Positions 16,128 to 25,701 of a stretch of DNA of 32,766 nt are shown here, in pieces. The notes beneath the pieces are model-generated. The model made no database searches, was not told the DNA's origin, and was given only the letters and a program-made list of their open reading frames with translations. A program made the position numbers and the translations under genes. This DNA comes from a virus (taxonomy: Duplodnaviria; Caudoviricetes): positions 1 to 32,766 of the IMG/VR virus record IMGVR_UViG_3300011339_000565. One strand, 5' to 3'. Positions within the stretch are counted from its first letter, which is position 1; every line of letters starts with the position of its first letter.

Positions 16128-16719
16128 CGCACAAAGAACCAATCTTAATGATTTAGAATTATTCGCTGAAGGCGATGTAACTCAATTCATTAATGTTGAT
16201 GAAGCATTGGATAAAGCAGCAGTATTATTTCTAAAGAATTTAGAAGCAAATATTAAGGCAGCACAATTCAATGGAAGCGGTTCATTACTTACAAATGCTA
16301 CTTATCGAATGTCAGATGATAGAAAGTCAGTTGATATAATATTGAACAATTATTTTGATTATGTTAATCAGGGTGTTAAGGGAGTTAGAAGTTCAAAGAA
16401 TGCACCAAACTCACCATATCAATTTAAGAACTATGGAATGAGTGCAGATGGCAGAAAATCAATAAGAGATTATATTCAATCAGGTAGAGCAAAAATAAGA
16501 AGCGTAAAACAAGATAAGGCATTGGGAATTGGAACAGAGAAGAAAAGCAAATCTTTGATTGATGTGCAAACTGATACATTGATTTATTTGATTAAAAGAT
16601 ACGGTATTAAAGCAACAAATTATTTCACAAAAACAGTAGAGCAAAGCCAAAAGGACATTCAAGTTTTAATGGCTGAAGCAATAGGCAAAGATTTCGTTTT
16701 AAAATTCAAAGTTAAATGA
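16114..16719 (+). CDS. Putative virion morphogenesis (neck/tail-completion-like) protein
   Basis: SGSLL, Y.DYVNQGVKG, I.RYGIKATNYF; position in the structural operon. Confidence 0.5.
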   Translation: MSISSAQRTNLNDLELFAEGDVTQFINVDEALDKAAVLFLKNLEANIKAAQFNGSGSLLTNATYRMSDDRKSVDIILNNYFDYVNQGVKGVRSSKNAPNSPYQFKNYGMSADGRKSIRDYIQSGRAKIRSVKQDKALGIGTEKKSKSLIDVQTDTLIYLIKRYGIKATNYFTKTVEQSQKDIQVLMAEAIGKDFVLKFKVK

Positions 16720-17849
16720 TAACACAATTAGCATATCCAAGTGGTGAACCAACAGTACAAGATGCACTATGGCATGTATTCAACACCAATGTAACAGGAC
16801 AAACTGATTTCAAGTATGTAATGGATTTGTATGTTGGCGGAGTTCAACAAGTCAGAGTTAAACTATTTCCTGATCCAAGTAACAACAAAGGCTATTTTGA
16901 TGCAGGTAATGTTGTAAGAAATACAATGACTTATGAATGGCTAACTCCTACTGAAACTTTATTCATGTGCGAACCAAACGTGAGTGGTCAAATAGGACAA
17001 ACTTATCAATATCGAATAGGTGAAGAATATTCAGGAACAACTTTCTTGAACCAAGCAAGTGGAAGCATTACTGCATACAATTGGAATGCTCCTTTATTTA
17101 AAAGAAGGCAATCCGATTTGACTGCAAAGCAAGGTAAGTTTATGACAAATAGACCTGCAACTATCAATGCAAGTATTGGCGATAATATACACATCGGATT
17201 CTATGGTGCAGCAGTTTCAGGAGATATAAGGGCATACGATCAAAATAACACTCAAACCAGTTGGCAATCTTTCACTTTAGGAAATACGAAGTTTGCACAA
17301 TTGAACATTGGCAGCAAAGCAATCAACACTTATTTCAGCAATACCAATATTAATACAAGTACAAAGTATTACGATATCATTTCAGGTGCTAATACATTAA
17401 GAGTTTACCTTGATTGCAATGGTAGATATGATTCATACAACTTGCATTTCCTGAATGATTGGGGAATGTTTGATACTGCAAAGTTTAATTTGGTTTCAAA
17501 GCTATCAATGGACATTGAACGCAAAGGATTTGAGAAAAGAGATTACAAGTTTGGAAGCACTTCGGTTGATTACTATTCCAATAGTAAATATGTTGAAAGC
17601 AAAATCAATTACCAAAATAAAAAGGATTATACTTATAAACTAACCATGAATGCTCCAACTGATGAAGAATATGTATGGTTGGCAGAATTGGTTGCATCTC
17701 CACAAATCTATTTTGAATATGATGGTAATTACTATCCTGTAACAATCAAAGCTACCAACTACGAATTCAGCAAGTATGTAAACAATAGATTAAGAGTATT
17801 TGAGGTAGAAATAGAAATGAATCAAACAAGATACAGTCAATTAAGATAA
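16716..17849 (+). CDS. Putative tail-tip structural protein
   Basis: Beta-rich; FLN.WG.FD and WLAELVASPQIY motifs; adjacent to the large tail gene and tape measure. Confidence 0.6.
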   Translation: MITQLAYPSGEPTVQDALWHVFNTNVTGQTDFKYVMDLYVGGVQQVRVKLFPDPSNNKGYFDAGNVVRNTMTYEWLTPTETLFMCEPNVSGQIGQTYQYRIGEEYSGTTFLNQASGSITAYNWNAPLFKRRQSDLTAKQGKFMTNRPATINASIGDNIHIGFYGAAVSGDIRAYDQNNTQTSWQSFTLGNTKFAQLNIGSKAINTYFSNTNINTSTKYYDIISGANTLRVYLDCNGRYDSYNLHFLNDWGMFDTAKFNLVSKLSMDIERKGFEKRDYKFGSTSVDYYSNSKYVESKINYQNKKDYTYKLTMNAPTDEEYVWLAELVASPQIYFEYDGNYYPVTIKATNYEFSKYVNNRLRVFEVEIEMNQTRYSQLR

Positions 17850-17850
17850 T

Positions 17851-19920
17851 ATGACAAAGATATTTATTGAAGGATTTGAATTGGATTTAACACAAGGGTT
17901 AAGCAATCAGTTAACTTTTGCCATTGATGATTTGAATAATTTAGATAGCAAGGCAACAACATTCAGCAAAACAATAGTATTGCCAGGAAGCACAAACAAT
18001 AATAAGTTATTAGGCAATATCTTTGAATTTAACAATGCAAACTTTACGATTGATGAAGCACCAAATGTTGACTATAATTTTAATGCAAGTAAATCTGCTG
18101 CATGTAGAATTGAAGTTGATGGATTGGAAATTGTAAAAGGAATATTTAGGTTGTTAGAAATCATCAGAGATGGTGAGAACATAGAATACGAATGTGCGGT
18201 GTTTGGCGAATTGGGTGGATTGGTTACTGCATTAGGAAACAAAAGATTAGAGGATTTAGATTTCTCTGCATACAATCACAATTATACTTATGCAAATATT
18301 ACTGCTTCATGGGATACTGCAACAGGTAGTGGTTATTGCTATCCTTTAATCGATTATGGTAATGTAAGTGTAGGCAATCATGGTGTAGCTAAAAAAGATT
18401 TCCAATACAAGACATTCCGACCTGCATTATTTGTAAAGGAATACTTTGATAAGGTAATGGCAGGAGCAGGTTATACTTATTCAAGTACATTCTTGAATAC
18501 TGCATTCTTTAAGCGGTTGATTATTCCAAACAATTCAAAGGAATTAAGTTCATTATCAACTACTGCATTGAATGTAAGTAATAATACTGCATATAGTTTG
18601 AATGATGTTCCAGGAGATCCAAGTTATTTTACACCATTATCATTCCCTACACAAACAACATTAGGAGCATTTACTACATCAAACAACTATACTTTTAAAT
18701 ATACAGGTGCAGTAACATTAACAGGGTTACTTAAATTAAAATTAACAAATGTATTTTATCAAAACTCAAATAATAGTTTAACTATTTACATTAAAAATAA
18801 AACACAATCTTCATTAATAGGAACATACATATTCACTCTTGAAGATGACATTACTATTCCTGAATTAATAATAGAAGGTAATGCAGTTATAAATCAAAAT
18901 GATGAAATAGAATGCCAATTATTTTATGACAATACTTTCCAATTCTTTATTAGTTGGAATACAACACAACTTACATTAAATGCAACATCACTTATCCCTG
19001 TTCCTTTGAATTTAGGCGAAGCAATTAAGATGAATGATACAATTCCAAGAGGTATATTTCAAAAGGATTTCTTTACTTCAGTATTGAAGATGTTTAACTT
19101 GATGGTTACTGAAGACAAGTTTAATTCAAAGCATTTAGTTATTGAACCTTATGTTGATTTCTATACAGGAACTATTCTTGATTGGAGTGATAAATTGGAT
19201 AGAAGTAAGCCAATCAAAATTAAGCCAATGTCTGAAGCTACTGCAAGGTATTATGAATTGAAGTGGAAACAAGACAATGACTTTTATAATGAAGATTATC
19301 GAAAGAAATACAATGAAGGTTATGGAGATAGAATATTTGATAATGGATTGGAGTTTGCAAAAGATAGTGAAAAGGTTGATGTAATATTTGCATCATCTAC
19401 TTTGTATGGCAAAACAGGAGAAGATAAAGTTTATCCTGCAATATATAAGAAGTCAAATAATAATACTGTTGAAGATCCGATTGAGCATGTTGTTAGAATA
19501 ATGCAAGTGAAGAAGATTACAGGTGTTGCAAGTTGGAAAATATATAATGATAATAATAATTTAGGAAGCAATACAACCTATTTATACGGTGGTCATTTTG
19601 ATGATCCTGATGCTCCGAATGCTGATTTGAACTTCGGTGCAACAAAAGAATTGTTTTTCACATTGGCAGCAGGTAATTTGAGCAACAATCTTTTCAATAC
19701 TTACTATTCACCATATTTGGCAGAGATAACAGATAAGGATAGCAGGTTGTTGAGTGGAAGTTTTAAACTAACTCAATTGGATATATTTAATTTGGACTTC
19801 GCCAAATTTATATATATAGATGGCGGATTGTATCGATTAAGTAAAGTGATTGATTATACTGCCGAGAATAATGAAGTAACAAAGGTTGAATTATTAAGAG
19901 TAATAAATAAAACATATTAG
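17851..19920 (+). CDS. Putative tail hub/baseplate protein
   Basis: 689 aa; FSKTIVLPG, YPLIDYG, FQKDFF.SVLKMFNL, DWS.KLD; precedes the tape measure. Confidence 0.65.
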   Translation: MTKIFIEGFELDLTQGLSNQLTFAIDDLNNLDSKATTFSKTIVLPGSTNNNKLLGNIFEFNNANFTIDEAPNVDYNFNASKSAACRIEVDGLEIVKGIFRLLEIIRDGENIEYECAVFGELGGLVTALGNKRLEDLDFSAYNHNYTYANITASWDTATGSGYCYPLIDYGNVSVGNHGVAKKDFQYKTFRPALFVKEYFDKVMAGAGYTYSSTFLNTAFFKRLIIPNNSKELSSLSTTALNVSNNTAYSLNDVPGDPSYFTPLSFPTQTTLGAFTTSNNYTFKYTGAVTLTGLLKLKLTNVFYQNSNNSLTIYIKNKTQSSLIGTYIFTLEDDITIPELIIEGNAVINQNDEIECQLFYDNTFQFFISWNTTQLTLNATSLIPVPLNLGEAIKMNDTIPRGIFQKDFFTSVLKMFNLMVTEDKFNSKHLVIEPYVDFYTGTILDWSDKLDRSKPIKIKPMSEATARYYELKWKQDNDFYNEDYRKKYNEGYGDRIFDNGLEFAKDSEKVDVIFASSTLYGKTGEDKVYPAIYKKSNNNTVEDPIEHVVRIMQVKKITGVASWKIYNDNNNLGSNTTYLYGGHFDDPDAPNADLNFGATKELFFTLAAGNLSNNLFNTYYSPYLAEITDKDSRLLSGSFKLTQLDIFNLDFAKFIYIDGGLYRLSKVIDYTAENNEVTKVELLRVINKTY

Positions 19921-19921
19921 A

Positions 19922-21757
19922 ATGCCAAGTCAAGAAGTAGCGATAACCATTAGTACAAATACGGAACAAGCACAAACATCGGTTAAGAGTTTTAAAGCAC
20001 AGTTAAGAGAAGCAAATGGTGAGTTAGTTGCAATGAGTGAGAGGTTTGGTGCAGCATCAACCGAAGCAATTGCAGCAGCAAAGAAAGTTGCAGGACTTAA
20101 AGATGCCATTGGTGATGCGAAGGCATTGGCAGAAACATTCAATCCGGATAAGAAGTTTGTTGCATTGGGTGGAGCAATACAGGGTGCGGTTAGTGGATTT
20201 AGTGCTTTGCAAGGCGCACAGGCTTTATTCGGTAGCGAAAGCAAGGATTTAGAAAAAACATTATTGAAAGTACAATCAGTAATGGCATTACAGCAAGGGA
20301 TTAGTGGAGTGTTTGCAGCAGTTGATAGTTTTAAATTATTGGCTAATACAGTTAAAACAAGTGTTGTTTCTTCATTCACTACTTTAAGGGGTGCATTAAT
20401 ATCAACAGGATTGGGTGCATTGGCAGTTGGACTTGGTTTACTTGTTGCAAACTTTGATAAGGTTAAGCAGGTAGTATTGAATTTGATTCCAGGACTTGCA
20501 TCAGTTGGAAAATTTATTGGTGGATTAGTTGATAGAATTACTGATTTTATAGGTGTTACTTCGGATGCATCAAGAGAATTGGCAAAGATGCGAGATGAAG
20601 CAGATAAGTCATTGAAATTAAATAATAAGTATTTACAACAACATGGTGATGAATTAGACAAATACACTAAATCAAAGATTGATGCAAAGAACAAATATCT
20701 TGAAGCAGTAAAGGATGAAACTCTATCTGAAAAGGATAGAATTGAATTAGCCAAAAGAGCAAATAGAGAAATTACTGCTGCTGATAAAGAAAGGGCAGAT
20801 GATATTGCAAAGGCAAGAGAAGATGAAGCAAAGAAAGCAGCAGATAAGCAGAAACAAGTTGATGATAAAACAAAAGCAGATTTAAAAGCACAACAGGATG
20901 CATTAAAAAATATCATTGCCAAAACAAGAATAGATATTGAAAATGATGCGGATAAAACTGAAGCACAAAAATTAGATAGGCAAAGACAAAGAGATATTGC
21001 AGAACTTGATGCAGTTAAATTAAGTGCAAAGGATAAGGCTGAAGCATTGGCATTAATCAATAAGAAATATGAAATTCTTAATACCGAATTAGAAGCAGAA
21101 AATAAAAAGAAGAAAGAAAAGGAAGATGCTGAAAAAGAAGAATTAAGATTAAAGAATCTTTCAAAAAGGGCAGATGAACAAACTGCTGCTGATTTAAAAA
21201 GAATTGCAGACAATAAAGCAGTTGAAGACCAAATTGTAAAAGATAAAGAAGCAGCAGCAAAAGCAAAGTTGGATATTGATAATGCAACAATCCAAGCTGG
21301 TCAGCAATTATTTGGATTGATTGCAGGGTTAGATGAAAAGAATAAAGGATTACAAAAGGCAGCATTGATAGGGCAATCTGCTTTATCCATTGCAAGTATT
21401 ATTGCAAATACCAATGTTGGTAGTTCAAAGGAAGTAGCAACAAAAGGTATTTTTGGATTAAGCACATCTGCAATACTTTATGCGAAGATGGGGATCAGCA
21501 TTGCATCAGTTTTAGCTGCAACTGCAAAAGGTTTGTCTGCTTTGGGTGGTGGAAGTGCAGGTAGTGTTGGCGGTGCAGGTGCTGCTGCTTCTGCTCCATC
21601 TGCTCCAATACTTCCACAGGCATCTTCAACAACAATCAATCAAGGGCAAGTTAATCAGATAGGCAATGTTGCTGCAAGGGCATTTGTAGTTGAAAGTGAT
21701 GTAAGTGGTCAACAAGAAAGGATTAGAAGATTAAACAGAGCAGCAAGAATAAGTTAA
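19922..21757 (+). CDS. Tape measure protein
   Basis: Ala/Gly-rich hydrophobic segments alternating with a long K/E/A coiled coil. Confidence 0.8.
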   Translation: MPSQEVAITISTNTEQAQTSVKSFKAQLREANGELVAMSERFGAASTEAIAAAKKVAGLKDAIGDAKALAETFNPDKKFVALGGAIQGAVSGFSALQGAQALFGSESKDLEKTLLKVQSVMALQQGISGVFAAVDSFKLLANTVKTSVVSSFTTLRGALISTGLGALAVGLGLLVANFDKVKQVVLNLIPGLASVGKFIGGLVDRITDFIGVTSDASRELAKMRDEADKSLKLNNKYLQQHGDELDKYTKSKIDAKNKYLEAVKDETLSEKDRIELAKRANREITAADKERADDIAKAREDEAKKAADKQKQVDDKTKADLKAQQDALKNIIAKTRIDIENDADKTEAQKLDRQRQRDIAELDAVKLSAKDKAEALALINKKYEILNTELEAENKKKKEKEDAEKEELRLKNLSKRADEQTAADLKRIADNKAVEDQIVKDKEAAAKAKLDIDNATIQAGQQLFGLIAGLDEKNKGLQKAALIGQSALSIASIIANTNVGSSKEVATKGIFGLSTSAILYAKMGISIASVLAATAKGLSALGGGSAGSVGGAGAAASAPSAPILPQASSTTINQGQVNQIGNVAARAFVVESDVSGQQERIRRLNRAARIS

Positions 21758-21797
21758 AAGTACAACAACCTAAATAATAATATATAGTATTATGGAA
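21754..21797 (+). promoter_or_regulatory. Putative late promoter, copy 1
   Basis: TTAAAAGTAC-N15-AATATATAGTATTATGGAA; identical boxes and spacing at 23103. Confidence 0.7.
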
Positions 21798-23120
21798 TTA
21801 CCTATTTACGAATTAAAGATAGTTGAAGATTTGCAAGATGATGCAGAGGTATCATTTGTTGCATTGGTTGATAAACCTGCAATCATGAAAGATTTCCATG
21901 TATTTGGTGAATCATTTATTGAACCAAGCAAAGGAGAAGATAAAGAACCATTTTTACAAAGATGCATCAAATATGTTATAGATGAAGGCAAAGAAAGTGA
22001 ACAAGCGGTTGCAATATGCAATTCACTTTGGGAGCAACATTTTGCAGAAGATAGTTTTACCGATTATCCAAAAGCAGCAATAGAAAATGCAAAGATAGCA
22101 TTGAGATGGGCAGAAGAAAATGGTTGGGGTGAATGTGGAACTCCTGTTGGTAAAGCAAGAGCAAATCAATTGGCAAAAGGTGAACCTATCAGCAAAGATA
22201 CTATTTCAAGAATGGCATCATTTGAAAGGCATAGACAAAATTCTCAAAAGGAATTAGGCGATGGTTGTGGAAGGTTAATGTGGTTAGCATGGGGTGGTGA
22301 TGCCGGTGTTGAATGGGCAAGTAGAAAGTTAGAACAACTGAATAAGTTTGCAGCAGAGAAGATTTCCTATGATTATGATGATACCATAAGCACAGATCGT
22401 GGTAAACAAATGGCAGCAAATGATATTAAGAATGGTGCAACAGTTTATATCATTTCAGCAAGACAAGATAAAGAAGGAATGCTTACAACTGCAAAAGATT
22501 TAGGTATTCCTGAATCAAGAGTTTATGCAACAGGAAGTAACAAAGCAAAGGTTGAGAAAGTTATTGCATTAGGTATTACAAAGCACCATGATAACAATGC
22601 AGATGTGATTAAAGAATTAGGAAGCATTGGTGCAAAGTTTATAATGATGCAAGGATTTGCTATTCAGAATGAAGAACAACATATCATCTCCGGACCATTA
22701 ATGTTGGCAGATACTCCGATATATAGGTCGAATTCTAAATTCGGTGAACACTATGTAACATTCTCACCTGAAACAATAAAGGATATTGCAATTAAATTCT
22801 CAAAGAAAGGATACCAAAAGAATGTAAACTTAATGCATGATTCAAATATGCAAGTTGATGGATTGGTAATGTTTGAAAGTTTTATTGTTGATAAAGCAAG
22901 GGGAATTCTACCAATGGCAGGATATGAAGATGCAAAAGATGGAAGTTGGTTTGGTTCTTTCTATGTTGAGAATGAGCAAGTATGGAATCTAATTAAAGAA
23001 GGCAAAGTAAAAGGATTTAGTGTTGAAGGATATTTTGATTATGCTGCACCAAACAAAGAAGAAAGTTATGCAGAAAAGAAACTAAAAGAACTTTCTGCAT
23101 TATTAAAAGTACCTTTTTAA
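21792..23120 (+). CDS. XkdF-like prohead protease with inserted domains
   Basis: N-terminal VALVDKPAI; C-terminal GPLMLADTPIYR, NLMHD, GSWF, KGFSVEGYF; precedes scaffold and capsid. Confidence 0.8.
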   Translation: MELPIYELKIVEDLQDDAEVSFVALVDKPAIMKDFHVFGESFIEPSKGEDKEPFLQRCIKYVIDEGKESEQAVAICNSLWEQHFAEDSFTDYPKAAIENAKIALRWAEENGWGECGTPVGKARANQLAKGEPISKDTISRMASFERHRQNSQKELGDGCGRLMWLAWGGDAGVEWASRKLEQLNKFAAEKISYDYDDTISTDRGKQMAANDIKNGATVYIISARQDKEGMLTTAKDLGIPESRVYATGSNKAKVEKVIALGITKHHDNNADVIKELGSIGAKFIMMQGFAIQNEEQHIISGPLMLADTPIYRSNSKFGEHYVTFSPETIKDIAIKFSKKGYQKNVNLMHDSNMQVDGLVMFESFIVDKARGILPMAGYEDAKDGSWFGSFYVENEQVWNLIKEGKVKGFSVEGYFDYAAPNKEESYAEKKLKELSALLKVPF

Positions 23121-23146
23121 AAAAAACAATATATAGTATTATGGAA
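23103..23146 (+). promoter_or_regulatory. Putative late promoter, copy 2
   Basis: TTAAAAGTAC-N15-AATATATAGTATTATGGAA. Confidence 0.7.
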
Positions 23147-23704
23147 AACGCAAAAACAATATTAGACAAGGTTTCTATATTCTTTGCTGAATTAGTAAAC
23201 TCCCCAATGTCAGATGCAAGTGGTGATGTTAGTGCAACTCCGAAAGCGGAAGTAAAAATGATTGCAGCTAAATTACAAGACGGAACTGAAGTTGAAGTTA
23301 CTGAATTAGCAATCGGCGGAATTGTTACTATTAAAGGTATACCTGCTCCATTAGGTGAGCATATCCTTGAAGATGGAAGCAAAATCGTTTTAGGTGATAA
23401 CGGAGTTATCATGGAAATAGAAATGAAAGAAGCACCAATGGTTGAAGATATGAGTGCAAAGTTTGCTGCATTTGAAAGTGCAACAAATGAAAAGTTTGCT
23501 GCTTATGAAAATAAGTTTGCAGAATACGAAGTTAAATTAACACAAGCCAACAAAGTAATTCAAGGCTTAATGGATATTAGCAAATTGTTAGTAGAAGCAC
23601 CAACTGCAAAAGCAGATGAGGGTGTTAAAACTGCAAACAATTTCAACAAAGAATTAGATGCAAGAAAAGCATTTGAAAATTTCTCTAAATCAATTTGTTC
23701 ATAA
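23141..23704 (+). CDS. Capsid scaffolding protein
   Basis: Acidic; LQDGT..PAP.GEHILEDG motif plus coiled coil; lies between protease and capsid. Confidence 0.7.
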   Translation: MENAKTILDKVSIFFAELVNSPMSDASGDVSATPKAEVKMIAAKLQDGTEVEVTELAIGGIVTIKGIPAPLGEHILEDGSKIVLGDNGVIMEIEMKEAPMVEDMSAKFAAFESATNEKFAAYENKFAEYEVKLTQANKVIQGLMDISKLLVEAPTAKADEGVKTANNFNKELDARKAFENFSKSICS

Positions 23705-23720
23705 TTAAAATCAAATAAAA

Positions 23721-24686
23721 ATGTCATTAGTATTTTCAGGCATAAGTTCATACACTAAACAACAGATTGCTCCATTATTAACTGAAGCAGTATTTAGTGC
23801 AAAAACTCAAAGCCTTATCAAGTCAGGCGGTATCTTATTACCAAAAACAAAATCATCTGTTGCAGTTCCAAAATTGGCAACTAACGCAACTTTCCAAAGT
23901 GATGCATGTGGTTGGAATGCAAGTGGCTCTACTACTTTAACTCAAGCTACTGTAACTGTTGGTAAAATCAAATTAGAAGAAGCAATATGTCCGAAAGATT
24001 TCGAAGCATATTTTAGCCAAGAAGCATTAAAAGCAGGTAGCACTTATGAAGATTTCGGTTGGACTGAATTCCAAGATAAGTTTGCTTCTCAAAAGAATAA
24101 GATGATTGCAAAGCAATTAGAAGTTGCAATTTGGCAAGGTGATACAACAGGAACAAACACAAACACAAACACTAATAAGTTTGATGGTTTGATGAAGTTA
24201 ATCGATGCAGGTTCTCCTGTTGATGCGAATGTATCAGGTTATGTAAGTGGCGGTCCTATCGCAACTATTACTGCTGCAAATGTAGTATCTTGTTTACAAG
24301 CGGTTTATAAAGCAATCCCTGTTGAAATCGTTGATGCTGAAGATACACACATCTTCGTTGGAAATGATGTTTACAGATTGGCAGTTTTGGCTTACCAAAA
24401 TTTAGATTTGTTTAACTACAAATTAGATGCGAATGCTGATCAAATGTTTGTAATTCCAGGAACTAATGTTAAATTAGCAGCAGTTAACGGATTGAACGGA
24501 ACAGGTGACATCTACGCAACCTCTTTGAGCAACATCGCTTTGGCCTTTGATTTAGAAGCAGAAGAAGATAACTACTCTCTATGGTATTCAAAAGATAACA
24601 ATGAAATGCGTTATAGAGTGGCTTTCAAATTAGGTGTGAATGTAGCTTACACAACTTTATGTGTGAAGTTTAAATCAGGAATTTAA
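23721..24686 (+). CDS. Major capsid protein
   Basis: 321 aa after the scaffold; E.ICPKD, LE.AIWQGD, FDGL.KLI; followed by a strong terminator. Confidence 0.85.
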   Translation: MSLVFSGISSYTKQQIAPLLTEAVFSAKTQSLIKSGGILLPKTKSSVAVPKLATNATFQSDACGWNASGSTTLTQATVTVGKIKLEEAICPKDFEAYFSQEALKAGSTYEDFGWTEFQDKFASQKNKMIAKQLEVAIWQGDTTGTNTNTNTNKFDGLMKLIDAGSPVDANVSGYVSGGPIATITAANVVSCLQAVYKAIPVEIVDAEDTHIFVGNDVYRLAVLAYQNLDLFNYKLDANADQMFVIPGTNVKLAAVNGLNGTGDIYATSLSNIALAFDLEAEEDNYSLWYSKDNNEMRYRVAFKLGVNVAYTTLCVKFKSGI

Positions 24687-24697
24687 GTTTTAATAAT

Positions 24698-24721
24698 AAG
24701 GGAGTAGCAATGCTCCCTTTT
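24698..24721 (+). terminator. Intrinsic terminator (GCAA tetraloop)
   Basis: AAGGGAGTA-GCAA-TGCTCCCTTTT. Confidence 0.8.
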
Positions 24722-24734
24722 AAAAATATATATT

Positions 24735-25259
24735 ATGCCGGCAGCATGTGCAATACAAGCAGGATATACAATAGATTGTAGAGAGTCAATTGGCGGTCTA
24801 CAAGCGGTTTATATCGCTGAATTTGGAAACATTACAACAGTTACTGAAGTGAGTGGTTTGGTTACAGGCATCACTAAAGCAACAGGTAAAAGATTTTATA
24901 AGTTTGAAGTTCCAAGAGCAGTTGCTAATGCTACTTCAAGCGGAACAGGAAGTGAAGAAAATGGTTCTTTCTTCTTTACTCATCAAGTAGTATTCCCAAT
25001 CAATAAGAGAGATTCTACAACTGCAAATATCATTCGTACTTTAGCGAAGAACAAATGCATGGTTGTAACTCTTGACATGGATGGTAATTATAGAATGTAT
25101 GGTAAAGGAAATGGTTTATTCGTTTCAACTGTAGATAGCGGAAGCGGAACTGCAGCAGGAGATAGACAAGGATACAACTTGACTTTGTCAGGTATTGAAA
25201 AAGATGAGATGCTACAAGTTACAAGTGCAGTAGGTTTAGCTTTAGAAACTGCGGGTTAG
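24735..25259 (+). CDS. Major tail (tube) protein
   Basis: C.I..GYTIDC.ESIGGL, SGTAAGDRQGYNLTLSG.E; beta-rich; has its own terminator. Confidence 0.7.
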   Translation: MPAACAIQAGYTIDCRESIGGLQAVYIAEFGNITTVTEVSGLVTGITKATGKRFYKFEVPRAVANATSSGTGSEENGSFFFTHQVVFPINKRDSTTANIIRTLAKNKCMVVTLDMDGNYRMYGKGNGLFVSTVDSGSGTAAGDRQGYNLTLSGIEKDEMLQVTSAVGLALETAG

Positions 25260-25287
25260 TTTGTTTTAGTCATAGTTTTATGGTTTA

Positions 25288-25317
25288 CCCTACCTACACA
25301 AGTAGGTGGGGTTTTTT
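25288..25317 (+). terminator. Intrinsic terminator
   Basis: CCCTACCTAC-ACAA-GTAGGTGGGG-TTTTTT. Confidence 0.85.
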
Positions 25318-25329
25318 AATATAAAGGAT

Positions 25330-25701
25330 ATGTTACACATCACAAAAGGAAGCGGAACAAATTTAATCTTTACCGGATATGAATTAGCAACTTTGACTAA
25401 TCCTTATTACCTATTTATTTTTACTTCAGCAACTGAAGAAGTTGTTAAATTTGTAGGAACAAATATTTCAACAACAAACAGATTCCAAAAGATAGTAGTA
25501 TCATCAACACCATTTGCAACTGCTGAAACAGGAACATGGAGATATAGAATAAGAGAACAAGCAAGTTCAACTAATACTGATGAAGCATTAAGTGGAAATA
25601 TAGTGGAAATAGGTTTTATGTATTTAGATGAAAGTAATACATTTGCACCTACTGAATATTCAGAACAAGATAACGAATTTAAAACTTATGATGGTGAATA
25701 A
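25330..25701 (+). CDS. Putative structural protein (head closure-like?)
   Basis: Start revised to ATG 25330 (MLHITKG), downstream of the terminator. Confidence 0.6.
   Translation: MLHITKGSGTNLIFTGYELATLTNPYYLFIFTSATEEVVKFVGTNISTTNRFQKIVVSSTPFATAETGTWRYRIREQASSTNTDEALSGNIVEIGFMYLDESNTFAPTEYSEQDNEFKTYDGE

Noticed and set aside
19930-21213. 427-aa antisense ORF inside the tape measure gene
   Set aside because: Shadow ORF produced by GCA/GAA/AAA-rich codon usage of the sense gene; S/F/L/A low-complexity product with no expression signals
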